From positions 5,750 to 69,749 of the forward strand of contig CAZWKN010000003.1 of assembly GCA_964633995.1 (NCBI GenBank): a stretch of DNA of 64,000 bases, written 5' to 3'. Below, one piece after another: positions 40,691 to 50,592 of this stretch (position 1 is its first letter; each line of letters starts with the position of its first letter). The translations under genes and the position numbers were made by a program. The DNA is from an uncultured Gammaproteobacteria bacterium (GTDB taxonomy: Bacteria > Patescibacteriota > Microgenomatia > CAZETR01 > Amesbacteraceae). Under the pieces are notes generated by a model. The model ran no database searches. It was not told where the DNA came from and saw only the letters and a list, made by a program, of their open reading frames with translations.

Positions 40691-41530
40691 TCAAGACTCT
40701 GGCTCGGTGAGCTCAGGAGTACGGGTCAATTTTTGTCCTAGTATGGTGAAGGACGAAGAAACATTACTCATTTGATTGAAGGCGTTGGTCAGGTGGCGAT
40801 TTAAGACGTCGAGGTTGCCGGAGAGTTTGGCATAGTCTTTTTGGGCAGCACGAAGAGATTGTAGAATTGACCGGGTTTTGGCTTCCAATTCTTTGCCCTG
40901 TAATGATTGCAATAAAACCTGGAGATGGGCATAAAGAGTGTTGGGAGAGACGGGATAAACACGCATGGATCGGGAATAGTTGGTCAGTTCACGGTTGGTA
41001 ACGACTTCGTAGTAGACAGATTCTGAAGGGATATACATGAGGGCAAAGTCCATGGTGCCTTCTTCAGGAAGGATGTATTTTCCGGCTATGTCTGAAATGT
41101 GTTTTTTGATGTCTGATACGTTAAATTCCTGAGTGGGGAACTTGGAATCTATACACAACAATCCGGCGTCTGTTTTTAGAACCGCATCTACTTTTACTCC
41201 AGATTTAAAGGAATACTGAAGATGAAAGGCGTTTTTGGGAAATGTCGCACCAATCATTTGGGATAAAATTTCTTCTCCCAACCCACCCCGAAGTTTTGGG
41301 GAGGCCAAAAAGTCTTGTAAAGAGCTTATTCCTCGGCCTATTTCGGACATCTCTCCCAAACTTTTTTGGACATCGGCCATAAGTCTGGCCGAGTTATCCA
41401 GTGATGACTGGACCGAGCCAAGCCAAGCAGTTAGGGTTGGGTCCTTGGTGTTTTGGTGACTAATCAGCCAAATCAAAACAGCAAAGCCGATGATAATAGT
41501 TGCTAAAATAGGATAGATGAACATCGGCAT
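40691..41530 (-). CDS. rmuC: DNA recombination protein RmuC
   Basis: RGGLGE, IDSKFP, KY, DFALMYIPSES; start moved to 41530 (41524 possible). Confidence 0.92.
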   Translation of the reverse strand: MPMFIYPILATIIIGFAVLIWLISHQNTKDPTLTAWLGSVQSSLDNSARLMADVQKSLGEMSEIGRGISSLQDFLASPKLRGGLGEEILSQMIGATFPKNAFHLQYSFKSGVKVDAVLKTDAGLLCIDSKFPTQEFNVSDIKKHISDIAGKYILPEEGTMDFALMYIPSESVYYEVVTNRELTNYSRSMRVYPVSPNTLYAHLQVLLQSLQGKELEAKTRSILQSLRAAQKDYAKLSGNLDVLNRHLTNAFNQMSNVSSSFTILGQKLTRTPELTEPES

Positions 41531-41846
41531 GGTAAAAAAAGTATACACCCACAGGGAGGTCAAACGTCCGAGGGTAGGAATGGTTTTGGGATTGCTGGCT
41601 ATTGTGGGGTGTTTTGCGATGATTCTGTTTACTGCGCCAACGGCATGGACGGAGGTGGCGGCTATAGGATTGATGATGCAGGGATTGTGGATGGTCTTGG
41701 CGTGGGTGACTGGATCAAAAAAATACAGTTTAATTTTCAGTATTTGGATCACAGGAATCGTGATTATGAGAAGGTTTGGAGTTTTGGATTGGATGTTGGT
41801 GGGTTTGTGGATGGCAATATTGGGATTGATTAGTTTAATTGGTTAA
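41517..41846 (+). CDS. Hypothetical 4-TM membrane protein
   Basis: Hydrophobic segments; TAAAAT 7 nt before start. Confidence 0.7.
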   Translation: MNIGMVKKVYTHREVKRPRVGMVLGLLAIVGCFAMILFTAPTAWTEVAAIGLMMQGLWMVLAWVTGSKKYSLIFSIWITGIVIMRRFGVLDWMLVGLWMAILGLISLIG

Positions 41847-41861
41847 AGTAGGATATGGACC

Positions 41862-42227
41862 ATGCAAATATCAAAAAGAAGAGTGAATCACTTGTTGGAC
41901 AAACAAATTTTAGACATGTGGTATCAGTTGATTGTAGATATCAAGACAAAGGACGAAGCCAGGTTGATAATGGACTGTCTGTTATCTAAAACCGAATCCG
42001 TAGCTGTCACCAAAAGATTAGCCGTAGGATACTGGTTGTCCAAGAAGCGCAGCTATGGAAATATTAAGGAAAATATTAAAGTATCTTCGGCAACAATTGC
42101 GGGGGTGGCTGATATGATCAGTTCTTTGGGATGGAAATCGATCATAAAAAGGGTGACGGCAGAAGAATGGGCGACTCGCATGAATGATAAAATTAAGTCA
42201 TTAGTTGGCATGCGTAGTCATTCTTAG
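41862..42227 (+). CDS. TrpR-like (YerC/YecD) HTH protein
   Basis: LLS.TE....KRL, SY..I.....VSSATI. Confidence 0.85.
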   Translation: MQISKRRVNHLLDKQILDMWYQLIVDIKTKDEARLIMDCLLSKTESVAVTKRLAVGYWLSKKRSYGNIKENIKVSSATIAGVADMISSLGWKSIIKRVTAEEWATRMNDKIKSLVGMRSHS

Positions 42228-42241
42228 TCATACGGTTGTAT

Positions 42242-43699
42242 ATGGTATTTTCAGAAGACAAAAACATACAAGAGTTGGTGAAAATTTCTAATGAGCTTTC
42301 GGATTTGGGCTCTGTATTGGGACTTCTTAGTTGGGACCAGGAAACACAAATGCCAGAAAAAGGGGCCGGAGTAAGGGCATGTCAACTGGCGACCATGGCG
42401 GGAATTTATCATGAAAAGTTGATCGGTTCTCCAGTTGCACAGTTGATCAGTAGAGCTACGCTGAAAAACATATATGATAAAGCCTTGATTAGAGAAATGG
42501 GGCGGGAATGCGAGAAGGCAATGAAAATCCCCAAGAAGCTAGTTGAAGAACTGAGTGAGGCGACGAGCCGAGCGTTTGAGAGCTGGCAAACGGCCAAGAA
42601 AAACAATGATTTTTCTTCATTCGCACCATATTTGGAAAAGGTGGTGGAACTGGAAGTGAAAGCGGCAACGCTTATGAAAGAGCCTGAGCAAAGCATTTAT
42701 GATGTGATGTTGGACAACCACGAAGAAGGATTGACAGAGAGTGAGGTAGAAAAAGTGTTTTCACAAGTAACAAATAAATTAAGTAATTTAGCGATTAGGC
42801 TAAATACATTGACGGGGGGCGCGGATAAAAAATTAAATGAAATTAAATTCGATGAGAAAAAAGTGAAAGAGTACGCAAGAGAGATAGTCACGGAAATGGG
42901 ATACGACTGGGCGGCCGGGAGACAAGACGAATCGACACACCCGTTTGAAATTAGTTTTGGAACCGGGGATGTGCGAATGACGACTTGGAAAAAATGCGGT
43001 AGTGTCCAGGAAGCGGTAATGGTAGTGATGCATGAAACCGGACACGCGTTGTATGAGCTGGGAATAAACCCTGAGCTTGATAGAACTCATTTGGGCGGCG
43101 GACAAGGACTAGTACTTCACGAGTCACAATCTAGATTGTGGGAAAATATGATTGGGAGAAGTGCTGAGTTTTGGACCAATAGGCAATTGCCTATTGAAAT
43201 GGATAGAAATGAATTTGTGAGAGCTATAAATACAGTTAAGCCGAGTTTGGTACGAGTAGAAGCGGATGAAGTTACTTACGGATTGCATATTATGGCCAGA
43301 TTTGAAATCGAGCGAGACTTGATAGCCGGAAAAATAAAGGTTAAAGACTTGCCGCGGGTTTGGAATAGTAAATATAAAGAGTTGTTGGGGGTAACTCCTG
43401 AAAACGATAGGGAAGGGGTATTGCAGGACGTGCATTGGGCCCATGGAAGTTTTGGTTACTTTCCTACTTATTTACTGGGGACCATGACTTCCGCACAGAT
43501 TTTTAAAACGGCGCAAAATGAAATTGATGTGTTTGATTTAAAAGCTTTGAGGGAGTGGCTTGGGGAAAAGATTCACAGACACGGAAAGGTGTATACATCT
43601 AAGGAGCTAATAAAGTCGGTCACTGGAGAAGATTTAAATCCGAAATATTTTATTGATTATCTGGAAAAGAAGTTTGAAAGGTTGTATGGAATTATCTAA
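42242..43699 (+). CDS. Carboxypeptidase M32 (Taq-like)
   Basis: WDQET.MP, HPF, HETGH, HESQS, IR-like VRVEAD, QDVHW, GYFPTY. Confidence 0.96.
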   Translation: MVFSEDKNIQELVKISNELSDLGSVLGLLSWDQETQMPEKGAGVRACQLATMAGIYHEKLIGSPVAQLISRATLKNIYDKALIREMGRECEKAMKIPKKLVEELSEATSRAFESWQTAKKNNDFSSFAPYLEKVVELEVKAATLMKEPEQSIYDVMLDNHEEGLTESEVEKVFSQVTNKLSNLAIRLNTLTGGADKKLNEIKFDEKKVKEYAREIVTEMGYDWAAGRQDESTHPFEISFGTGDVRMTTWKKCGSVQEAVMVVMHETGHALYELGINPELDRTHLGGGQGLVLHESQSRLWENMIGRSAEFWTNRQLPIEMDRNEFVRAINTVKPSLVRVEADEVTYGLHIMARFEIERDLIAGKIKVKDLPRVWNSKYKELLGVTPENDREGVLQDVHWAHGSFGYFPTYLLGTMTSAQIFKTAQNEIDVFDLKALREWLGEKIHRHGKVYTSKELIKSVTGEDLNPKYFIDYLEKKFERLYGII

Positions 43700-43883
43700 G
43701 AAGGATATATTGACTCTTGTTGGCACTTTTATAGGGGTGGCATTAATTGGAACAGGAGTCTCGTTTGTGATAGGAGAGCCAGAAATGTTAAAAAACATTC
43801 CACTCCGAGAGTTGGCGGGGTTCGGTTTGATCGGCATTGGGGTAGCCATCGCAGCCGTGGCTAATGTAAAGGGCATGGAGTGA
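43686..43883 (+). CDS. Small 2-TM hypothetical protein
   Basis: MELSKKDILTLVG..., two TM segments. Confidence 0.6.
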   Translation: MELSKKDILTLVGTFIGVALIGTGVSFVIGEPEMLKNIPLRELAGFGLIGIGVAIAAVANVKGME

Positions 43884-43901
43884 TATATAATGTAACACAA
43901 C

Positions 43902-44024
43902 ATGACGGTAACTGAATTATTAAACCGAAAAAATTTGTTGATAGCGGGTGGCGGGCTGGGGTTGGCAAGAATGATGTTTTCGATTGACTCCAGCGACGAC
44001 GAACATTTGATAAAGGGGCAATGA
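43902..44024 (+). CDS. Putative 40-aa small ORF coupled to metG (not in ORF track)
   Basis: MTVTELLNRKNLLIAGGGLGLARMMFSIDSSDDEHLIKGQ*; ATGA overlap with metG; TATAAT upstream. Confidence 0.5.
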   Translation: MTVTELLNRKNLLIAGGGLGLARMMFSIDSSDDEHLIKGQ

Positions 44025-45493
44025 GCGACAAGTTTTATATCACTACGGCAATCCCTTATGTAAACGGGAAACCGCATATTGGACATGCACTAGAGTATTT
44101 TCAGGCCGACGTTTTGAGAAGATATCACCAAATGCTTGGCGAGGAAACGCTGTTGCTGTCCGGGGCAGATGAAAATGCCTTGAAAAATGTCCAGGCGGCA
44201 GAAAAAGAAGGAGTTCCCGTTAAGGATTTTTTAGACAGAAATTCTAAAGTCTTTAGGGACTCCTATGAATTTCTGGGGGTGCATTTGGATGTGTTTCAAA
44301 GAGGGTCTGATCAGGAAAAACACTGGCCGGGGGTGCAAAAATTGTGGAACCTATGTATGGCAAGCGGGGATATATATAAAAAAACATATGAGGGACTTTA
44401 TTGTGTAGGGTGTGAAAGCTTTAAGACGGAAAAAGAACTAATAAACGGCGAATGCCCAGATCACAATAAAAAACCAGAAGTAGTAAAAGAAGAGAATTAT
44501 TTTTTTAAACTGTCAAAGTATCAGAACAAATTACTTGAGCTGATAGAGACGGGGGCCTTTAAAATTGCCCCTGAAAATAAAAGAGCGGAGATAGTATCGT
44601 TTATTAGATCCGGGCTTGAAGACTTCAGTGTGTCTAGATCAAAAGAAAGGGCCAGGGGGGTTGGAGTACCTGTTCCTGACGATGAAAATCAGGTGATTTA
44701 TGTTTGGTTTGATGCTTTGGATATTTATATGACCGGGGTGGGATTTGGGTGGGATGAAGAAACATGGAAAAAATGGTGGCCCGCCGATATGCACGTAATT
44801 GGCAAGGATATTAATAGATTCCATACCGTGTATTGGCCGGCTATGTTGCTGTCTGCCGGAATAGACTTGCCCAAACAGGTGCTGGTGCATAGTTTTGTAA
44901 CCTCTAAGGGGCAAAAAATGAGCAAGTCCATAGGAAATGTTATTGATCCATACGAAATGGTGAATAAGTATGGACTGGAGGCGGTGAGATATTACATGTT
45001 ATCTAGAATCCCATTAACTGACGATGGTGATTTTACAGAGGAAAAATTTGTGGAAGTGTATAACGCCGATTTGGCAAATGGATTGGGGAATTTGACCTCA
45101 CGGGTAGCAAAACTTTGCGAGAATGCACAAATAACAATGGATGTCGTTTCAAGAACAACTGCTGGAGTAATAAATAAATTCGTACTTTGGATTCCTGATC
45201 CTGGTCTGGAGAATGAATACCTTAAAGGTCTAGAAAGCTATAGATTTAACGAGACATTGGGACTAATTTGGCAAAAAATTTCTGAACTAGACAGGAAAAT
45301 TGAAGAGATTAAACCCTGGGAACAAAAAATCGATGATGATGCAAAATTTTTGAAAGATATTGCTGTGTTGTGGATCAGAGATATTGCCAGATTGTTGGGG
45401 CCGTTTTTGCCGGAAACTGCGGAGAAGATTTTGAAGCAATTTGCTGGACCGAAAATTAAGTCAGCCCCTCCTTTGTTTCCGAGAATAAAGTAA
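44021..45493 (+). CDS. metG: Methionine--tRNA ligase (short form)
   Basis: YVNG.PHIGH, YVWFDAL, KMSKS. Confidence 0.98.
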   Translation: MSDKFYITTAIPYVNGKPHIGHALEYFQADVLRRYHQMLGEETLLLSGADENALKNVQAAEKEGVPVKDFLDRNSKVFRDSYEFLGVHLDVFQRGSDQEKHWPGVQKLWNLCMASGDIYKKTYEGLYCVGCESFKTEKELINGECPDHNKKPEVVKEENYFFKLSKYQNKLLELIETGAFKIAPENKRAEIVSFIRSGLEDFSVSRSKERARGVGVPVPDDENQVIYVWFDALDIYMTGVGFGWDEETWKKWWPADMHVIGKDINRFHTVYWPAMLLSAGIDLPKQVLVHSFVTSKGQKMSKSIGNVIDPYEMVNKYGLEAVRYYMLSRIPLTDDGDFTEEKFVEVYNADLANGLGNLTSRVAKLCENAQITMDVVSRTTAGVINKFVLWIPDPGLENEYLKGLESYRFNETLGLIWQKISELDRKIEEIKPWEQKIDDDAKFLKDIAVLWIRDIARLLGPFLPETAEKILKQFAGPKIKSAPPLFPRIK

Positions 45494-45503
45494 AATACTA
45501 AAA

Positions 45504-46247
45504 GTGATTGATGCACATTGTCATTTGTATGAGTTGCCGGAGGAGGAATGGGTAAATAATGGGTTGGAGGCGATGATTTGCGCTGGATCTGATTTGGAAA
45601 GTAGTAGGAGGGCTATAGAATTGGCAGAGAACTATCCAAACGTCTACGCAACTGTTGGAATGCATCCGGAAGCAATAAGTGAGTTTCACAGTTTGACAGT
45701 TGCTCAGTTGCGCAGTGAAGTTAAAAAATTAATTAGTCGTAAGAAAGTTGTGGCGGTGGGAGAATGCGGACTGGATACTGGGAGTGAGGAAGAGGTTGAA
45801 CTGTTTAAGTTTAATATTAATTTGGCAAAAGAAACTGGATTGCCACTAGTAGTGCATTGCAGAAACATGTTCGGGAAGGTGTTTGAGATTTTGGATTATG
45901 ACCGGGTGCAAATGCATTGTTTTACGGGAAATGAGGAAGAGATGCGAGAGTGTGTGGGGAGGGGGTGGTATATTAGTTTTGGGGGAATATTAACGTTTAA
46001 AAAAAGCGGGGAACTGAGAAGAATAGCCAGTTTGGTGCCTGAGAACAAGTTGCTGGTTGAGACCGATAGCCCATATTTGGCTCCCGAACCGGTCAGAGGA
46101 AGCAGAAATTTCCCAAAAAATGTAAAATACGTTGTGGATTGCCTGGCTGAAGCCAGGGGTATGGAACCTGAGCGAATTGAGGCAGTAACCAACGAGAACG
46201 CTAAAAAACTATTTAATTTAGGATATGACCAAAAAACGAATTATTGA
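45504..46247 (+). CDS. tatD: TatD-family DNase
   Basis: DAHCH, GMHP, GECGLD, HCF, ETDSPYL. Confidence 0.95.
   Translation: MIDAHCHLYELPEEEWVNNGLEAMICAGSDLESSRRAIELAENYPNVYATVGMHPEAISEFHSLTVAQLRSEVKKLISRKKVVAVGECGLDTGSEEEVELFKFNINLAKETGLPLVVHCRNMFGKVFEILDYDRVQMHCFTGNEEEMRECVGRGWYISFGGILTFKKSGELRRIASLVPENKLLVETDSPYLAPEPVRGSRNFPKNVKYVVDCLAEARGMEPERIEAVTNENAKKLFNLGYDQKTNY
45682..45717. repeat. Degenerate 8-mer tandem array in tatD
   Basis: agtttcac agtttgac agttgctc agttgcgc agtg. Confidence 0.8.
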
Positions 46248-47688
46248 AATCGCCATCGGGTTTACGAGCTGGAACTTAATATTATTTTTGGTGTGGGGAG
46301 GATACTTTTTTCCAACCCTGACTGCATATTTCATATTGGCGTTTGTAGTCTTTTGGTTATATAGAGGATTCAATTGGACTATGGCTTCTTTGCTTGCTCA
46401 TTTTCAGGTTAAGGCCGCGGAGAGATTGGATTGGATGAAGGAGGTTGAGGGTTTTGGAGACTGGAAAGAAATAAAACACATCATTTTGATTTTGATTGCC
46501 AATGAGCCAAAAGAAACCTATGAGCGCACACTTGAGGCATTGGCTAAACAAACATTTCTTTTGAAAAACATTGTTCCCGTCCTGGCAACAGAGGAAAGGT
46601 ATCCCGATGGAGAAAAAAACTGTAAGGAATTGAGGGCAAAGTGGAAAGATGTTTTTGGGGAAATACTGATCACTGTTCATCCAAAGGACATAGTAGGAGA
46701 GATCAAAGGAAAGTCATCTAATGAAAACTGGGCTGCACGTGAAGCCAAAAGAATCCTGGTGGACGAAAAGGGATGGAATATTAAAAATATCACCATCACA
46801 TCTAATGACGCCGACTCGATTTTGCATCGTCAATATTTGGCTTGCCTGACATACAAATTTCTTGACAACCCACATCGATATGAAAGATTTTGGCAACCAG
46901 CAGTGGTTTTTTATAACAACATATGGCGATTGCCAGCGGCGACGCGCGTGGTTAATGTTATCGGGAGCGTGTTGCAAATCGGATTGTTGGCGAGAAGAGA
47001 TCGGCTAGTAAACTTTTCAAACTACACCTCTTCTCTTTCAATGATTGACCAGATTGGATACTGGGACACGGACGTGATCCCGGAGGATTATAGGATTTTT
47101 TTTAAAGCTTTCTTTAAACTACAAGGGCGAGTTGAGGTAGAACCGGTGTTTCTGGCTTCTTCTGCTGATGCCGCGGAGTCTACCACCACTTGGAAGACCT
47201 TGGTAAATGATTATCAACAAAAAAAACGTTGGGCTTGGGGGGTTTCAGACATTCCTTTGTTTATTGAATTATTTATGAAGGATCCCTCCAGGTCTTTTGT
47301 AAATAAATTTTTAAGAGTAGCGAGAGTAACTGAGGACCATGTGCTTTGGCCAGTAAATTGGTTTATTATCACGACGGGGGTAACCATATCTACTTTTGTG
47401 AACCCCAACTTTCAACGGACAAGCATTGGCTTTTTGCTTCCTAAAATAACTTCCACATTATTGTCTGTTTCTTTGATTTTTTTGGTTGTCTTGTTATGGA
47501 TTGATTTTTCCCAGAGACCCCCAAAGCCCGCAGAAGTACCAAAATGGAAAGTCTGGCTGGCGCCGTTTGAGTTTGTGCTTCTGCCTATAGTTGGATTTTT
47601 CTTTATGGCCTTGCCCGGATTAGATGCTCACACCAGACTGATGCTTGGAAAATATATGGAATACAGAATTACAGAAAAGGTAAAATAG
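46225..47688 (+). CDS. Membrane glycosyltransferase family 2 (processive-type motifs)
   Basis: GKSSN, DAD, PED, QKKRW (QxxRW). Confidence 0.88.
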   Translation: MTKKRIIEIAIGFTSWNLILFLVWGGYFFPTLTAYFILAFVVFWLYRGFNWTMASLLAHFQVKAAERLDWMKEVEGFGDWKEIKHIILILIANEPKETYERTLEALAKQTFLLKNIVPVLATEERYPDGEKNCKELRAKWKDVFGEILITVHPKDIVGEIKGKSSNENWAAREAKRILVDEKGWNIKNITITSNDADSILHRQYLACLTYKFLDNPHRYERFWQPAVVFYNNIWRLPAATRVVNVIGSVLQIGLLARRDRLVNFSNYTSSLSMIDQIGYWDTDVIPEDYRIFFKAFFKLQGRVEVEPVFLASSADAAESTTTWKTLVNDYQQKKRWAWGVSDIPLFIELFMKDPSRSFVNKFLRVARVTEDHVLWPVNWFIITTGVTISTFVNPNFQRTSIGFLLPKITSTLLSVSLIFLVVLLWIDFSQRPPKPAEVPKWKVWLAPFEFVLLPIVGFFFMALPGLDAHTRLMLGKYMEYRITEKVK

Positions 47689-47703
47689 GTTTACAATTGT
47701 TGT

Positions 47704-49152
47704 ATGTGGGTAAGGTTTGAAAAATGGGTTCATCGTTGGGAGGGGTTGCTAATAATTTTGGCTCTAGTTTCGTTTTTGAGAATACCGTCTCTTTTTGAAC
47801 CATACTGGTACGGAGATGAAGGAATATATTTGACTTTGGGACAGGCAGTCAATCGCGGAGAGGTGCTGTATAAACAGATTCACGACAACAAGCCTCCCAT
47901 GATTTACTGGACAGCAGCGCTGGCTTTGGGAAATTTGTTTTGGTTTAAATTTTTGGCTTGGTGGACCGGGATGGTGGGGACGATAGTAATGTACCTGATG
48001 TGCGAAAAGGTGCTGGGAGAAAAGTCTAAGGGGGTTTTTTGGACAACGACTTTGTTTGCTCTGTTAACCACAATTCCGCTACTAGAAGGTAACATCGCTA
48101 ATGCCGAGTTGTTTTTTATACCATTTACCGTGGGAGCGACTTATCTGGTGTGGGATAAGGAAGCTGGGTGGATAAGGGTGTTTTTGGCGGGAATCCTTTT
48201 TGGATTGGGAGGACTGTTTAAGATTCCAGCATTGTTTGAGGCGGGAGTTTGGCCGATAGTGTGGATAGTAGAAAAGGACAAGTTGTGGTTTAAAAAATGT
48301 CTTGTATTATCGCTGGGAGCGTTGCTGCCAATAGTGGGAAGCGGTGTTTATTTCGCAGGTTTGGGGGCATTGAAAGAATACCTTGTTGCTGCCTGGGCAC
48401 AAAACATTCCATATTTGTCTTCCTGGAGGTCCGGAGGGGGTGAGTCAGGGATATTTTCTCTTAAAGGAAGATTGGTTGTTTTGTTTATTTGGTTGGGGGC
48501 AATAACCGGTCTTGGGAAACGGTGGGGAAGGACGGGATTGATAGTGGGGGTTTGGGGTGGAATAAGTTTGTTTGCGGCGCTTTTGTCAGGACGACCATAC
48601 CCACACTATTTGATACAGGTCGGTGGAATCATAGCACTGTGCGTCGGGATAATAGTTTGGGGGGAGAAAAGGTGGACATGGCCATCCGCAGGAATCATCT
48701 CCATGGTGTTAGCGTCGGTTATGGTGTTTAAATTTTGGATGTATCCTGTGGGAGGGTATTATTTAAATTTCAGCAGGTGGGCGTTCCGCACTATTGACAC
48801 AAGTGAATACAGAAAGTGGTTTAACCCCAAAATTGAAGTTGATTATGAAATCGCTGAAATAATAATGGCAGGAAGCAAACCAGAAGACCGGTTGTTTGTA
48901 TGGGGAGACGCACCGATCTTATACGCCTTGACCAAGGTGCCCCCAGTAGGAAAATATACGGCCAGATATCACATCTCGGACTTTTCTGCACAAGCCGAAA
49001 CTTTGCAGGTCCTAACTGACACTCCACCCAAATACATTGTTGACTATGGTGAGGCAGATAAATTGCCTGGGCTTGAGTCGTTGTTAAGATCAAAATATAT
49101 AGTGATCAAAAAATTTGGCGATACGGCTGTCTACAGGCTAATTAAGGTATAA
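47704..49152 (+). CDS. GT-C fold glycosyltransferase (ArnT/PMT-like)
   Basis: DEGIY, D.KPP, multi-TM, YPHY. Confidence 0.8.
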   Translation: MWVRFEKWVHRWEGLLIILALVSFLRIPSLFEPYWYGDEGIYLTLGQAVNRGEVLYKQIHDNKPPMIYWTAALALGNLFWFKFLAWWTGMVGTIVMYLMCEKVLGEKSKGVFWTTTLFALLTTIPLLEGNIANAELFFIPFTVGATYLVWDKEAGWIRVFLAGILFGLGGLFKIPALFEAGVWPIVWIVEKDKLWFKKCLVLSLGALLPIVGSGVYFAGLGALKEYLVAAWAQNIPYLSSWRSGGGESGIFSLKGRLVVLFIWLGAITGLGKRWGRTGLIVGVWGGISLFAALLSGRPYPHYLIQVGGIIALCVGIIVWGEKRWTWPSAGIISMVLASVMVFKFWMYPVGGYYLNFSRWAFRTIDTSEYRKWFNPKIEVDYEIAEIIMAGSKPEDRLFVWGDAPILYALTKVPPVGKYTARYHISDFSAQAETLQVLTDTPPKYIVDYGEADKLPGLESLLRSKYIVIKKFGDTAVYRLIKV

Positions 49153-49160
49153 TTATTGGT

Positions 49161-49496
49161 GTGAATACTACCTGGGAACGACTAAAGCTCTGGAATATTA
49201 TTATGTGCGCCGGTGTTGGGACTGTGGCTTTTGGCATATGGATGGCTTTTGGGACCAGAATGCCTCCACAGGTGCCTGTTTTTTTTAGTAGACCATGGGG
49301 CGAAACTCAACTTGCTAGTCCATCAACGCTTTTGATTATTCCAGGCATGTCGGTGGTGCTGGGCATTACCACCTCGATTGTATTGTTTAAAGCTAAGACC
49401 GAATCGGTGTTACTGGGAATAATTGCTGCAACTAGCATTGTGGGGCAGATAATATTGGGCACCGCCTTGTTGCGTATTGTTAGCATGATAATTTAA
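49161..49496 (+). CDS. Small membrane protein, DUF1648-like
   Basis: PPQVP.F...WGE between TMs. Confidence 0.65.
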   Translation: MNTTWERLKLWNIIMCAGVGTVAFGIWMAFGTRMPPQVPVFFSRPWGETQLASPSTLLIIPGMSVVLGITTSIVLFKAKTESVLLGIIAATSIVGQIILGTALLRIVSMII

Positions 49497-49500
49497 CAAA

Positions 49501-50592
49501 ATGCAGAATTGGACAGGTTGGATGTTTTTGTTGCCAGGAATTGTGGGGGCTATTGTGTCGTACCTTACGACCGGATGGGTAGTAAAAAAGGGGGAAAGTT
49601 GGGGAATTATTGATGATCCTAACAAACACCGCATGCCCAAGGTTGTACACGATAAACCGGTTCCACGAGGGGGTGGAATTCCTATATTTGTAGCTGGTAT
49701 TGTGGGAATAATATTATTCTTGCCAAAAAATTTACATAGTTTAGGGCTAATCGGAGCAATGTTTGTTTTGGCAGTAACGGGGGTACTAGATGATAGGTTT
49801 GAGGAAATGATTTCACCTTATGTTCGGTTGGTTATAAATATCGGAGCGGCACTATTAGTGATAGGGGCTGGAATTGGAATTGCTTATATTACAAACCCAT
49901 TTGGGGGAATTATTAATCTGGATCAACCAAGGTGGTGTTTGGGAAATCATTGTATATGGGTGCTGGCGGACCTATTCGCCTTAATTTGGTTGGTAGGGCT
50001 GCAAAATATAATTGGATGGAGCAGTGGGGTTGACGGACAATTGCCCGGGTTTGTAATAATCGCCGCCGTCACCATTGGGGTATTGGCTATGCAAACCGGA
50101 ACGGATTTGAATCAGTGGCCGGTAATTGGCCTGGCGGGAATCACAGCAGGAGCGTATTTGGGATTTTTGCCTTGGAATTGGTGGCCACAAAAAATTATGC
50201 CTGGATATGGGGGTAAAAGCTTGGCGGGGTTGCTTTTGGGGGTATTGGCTATCATGTCAACGGCAAAGGTAGGAACTCTGGTTTTGGTATTGGGAGTTCC
50301 AATTATCGACGCAGCTTTGGTTATTATTAAGAGAATAAGTGAGGGTAGATCTCCGGTTTTTGGCGGAAGAGAACATCTACACCATTATTTGCTCGACAGG
50401 GGATGGGGCAAGAGGAGAATAGCCCTTTTTTATTGGGCCGTGTCTGGAATTTTGGCGGTTGTAGCCTGGCAATTGCATCCACCTATTAAGTTATATACAA
50501 TGGCGACAGTTGTTTTAGTTTTACTAGGAGGAATATTGTGGTTAAGAAATTGGTCGGATTACTCAAAACGGCAAGGCCCAGGCAGTGGGTAA
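49501..50592 (+). CDS. WecA/TagO-type polyprenyl-phosphate sugar-1-P transferase
   Basis: H..PVPRGGG, GVLDD, GVDG, HLHH. Confidence 0.9.
   Translation: MQNWTGWMFLLPGIVGAIVSYLTTGWVVKKGESWGIIDDPNKHRMPKVVHDKPVPRGGGIPIFVAGIVGIILFLPKNLHSLGLIGAMFVLAVTGVLDDRFEEMISPYVRLVINIGAALLVIGAGIGIAYITNPFGGIINLDQPRWCLGNHCIWVLADLFALIWLVGLQNIIGWSSGVDGQLPGFVIIAAVTIGVLAMQTGTDLNQWPVIGLAGITAGAYLGFLPWNWWPQKIMPGYGGKSLAGLLLGVLAIMSTAKVGTLVLVLGVPIIDAALVIIKRISEGRSPVFGGREHLHHYLLDRGWGKRRIALFYWAVSGILAVVAWQLHPPIKLYTMATVVLVLLGGILWLRNWSDYSKRQGPGSG

Noticed and set aside
41531-41752. N-terminal extension of RmuC
   Set aside because: Antisense to the 41517-41846 gene; the TM anchor starts at 41530/41524
41862-42227. TrpR-like gene as a sign of a trp operon
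   Set aside because: No trp genes nearby; YerC/YecD-like proteins are common in CPR genomes
43634-44086. 150-aa minus-strand ORF
   Set aside because: Overlaps M32, a small TM gene and metG on the opposite strand; no motifs
50526-50531. AGGAGG Shine-Dalgarno-like site before the ubiA GTG
   Set aside because: Isolated case inside Leu-Gly-Gly codons of wecA; not evidence of general SD use
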